Positions 63,501-64,000 of a stretch of 64,000 nucleotides of DNA are shown here, one piece after another; within the stretch, counting starts at the first letter, position 1, and the number at the start of each line of letters is the position of its first letter. The notes beneath the pieces were generated by a model. That model saw nothing but the letters and a program-made list of their open reading frames with translations, did no database searches and was not told the origin of the DNA. The position numbers were made by a program, and so were the translations under genes. Source of the DNA: Balanoglossus misakiensis. Lineage: Eukaryota; Animalia; Hemichordata. The DNA lies in assembly GCA_040954595.2 (NCBI GenBank), contig CM082584.2, forward strand, positions 5,894,110-5,958,109, in the 5' to 3' direction.

Positions 63501-63791
63501 TATGGAAACCGATCCATATCAACAACTTATTCCATAAAACCTTATTACACAGTATCTCCAATCACCTACTAACGTATGTGCACACGTGGCCACGTACCAG
63601 TAAATGTTTTAAGATAAAAACGACTTCTTCGCCCAAGACTTTGTATGACATGTCATTGATTGAGGCGGCGATAACCATTGAATTGACTACTTTTGACGAG
63701 GCTTCTGGTTCATCCTCATCTGCCATTTTGCCTTCCGAGTTCAATAGACTGCCTAAATTTTTGTAGGCTATGAAAACGACTCTAGCTGGGG
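57547..63791 (-). CDS. Adhesion GPCR (latrophilin/ADGRL-like), 3' portion: GAIN, GPS, 7TM, tail; 5' exons outside the window
   Basis: Phase-consistent exons: 63791-63598, 63313-63264, 62901-62778, 62071-61968, 61558-61456, 60741-60588, 60122-60056, 59904-59838, 59549-59455, 59132-59006, 58851-58675. The tail exons (~58164-58113 and 57584-57547) are tentative. Motifs: [28 protein letters not shown]; IHRNLC; [15 protein letters not shown]; [11 protein letters not shown]; LGVTW; [13 protein letters not shown]. Confidence 0.9.
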
Positions 63792-64000
63792 CTGAAATAC
63801 AAAAATAATATTACACGACGTTGTACTGAATGCCGCTTAGAATGTATTGTGAATTAACACAAAGACCATTTTTCAAGAAATGATAATAGATTGATCATAT
63901 ACAATAAATATTACATGGTCGCTTAATGAACAAATTTCCCATTAACGAATTTATTTTATACGCTTTAATACTTTATTACATGGGATATCATTCATTGGGA

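Overview
Intron-rich animal genomic DNA. GT-AG introns, microsatellites, MITEs, a Tie-like RTK and an adhesion GPCR suggest an invertebrate deuterostome such as a hemichordate or echinoderm (inference). From left to right the window holds: (1) the 5' part of an apparently intact Bel/Pao LTR retrotransposon on the minus strand, running off the window and absent from the ORF track; (2) a 7-exon minus-strand gene fusing a FYVE-type zinc finger to a FAM111-like trypsin protease; (3) about 15 kb of decayed, mostly co-oriented transposon debris (piggyBac, SWIM, BEN duplication, SGNH, intron-containing P-element, a Penelope-type hammerhead ribozyme), ending in a ~160-bp satellite with three MITE insertions; (4) a 12-exon minus-strand gene for an ~841-aa macrodomain-like + 3xTIR protein ending in a polybasic CaaX motif, the best candidate for an undescribed system and reminiscent of TIR/macro nucleotide-signalling immunity; (5) a complete 22-exon Tie/TEK-like receptor tyrosine kinase on the plus strand; (6) the 3' part (GAIN-GPS-7TM) of an adhesion GPCR on the minus strand. 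Exon chains were built by hand from GT-AG sites and phase continuity. Family assignments come from motif recognition, not database searches.
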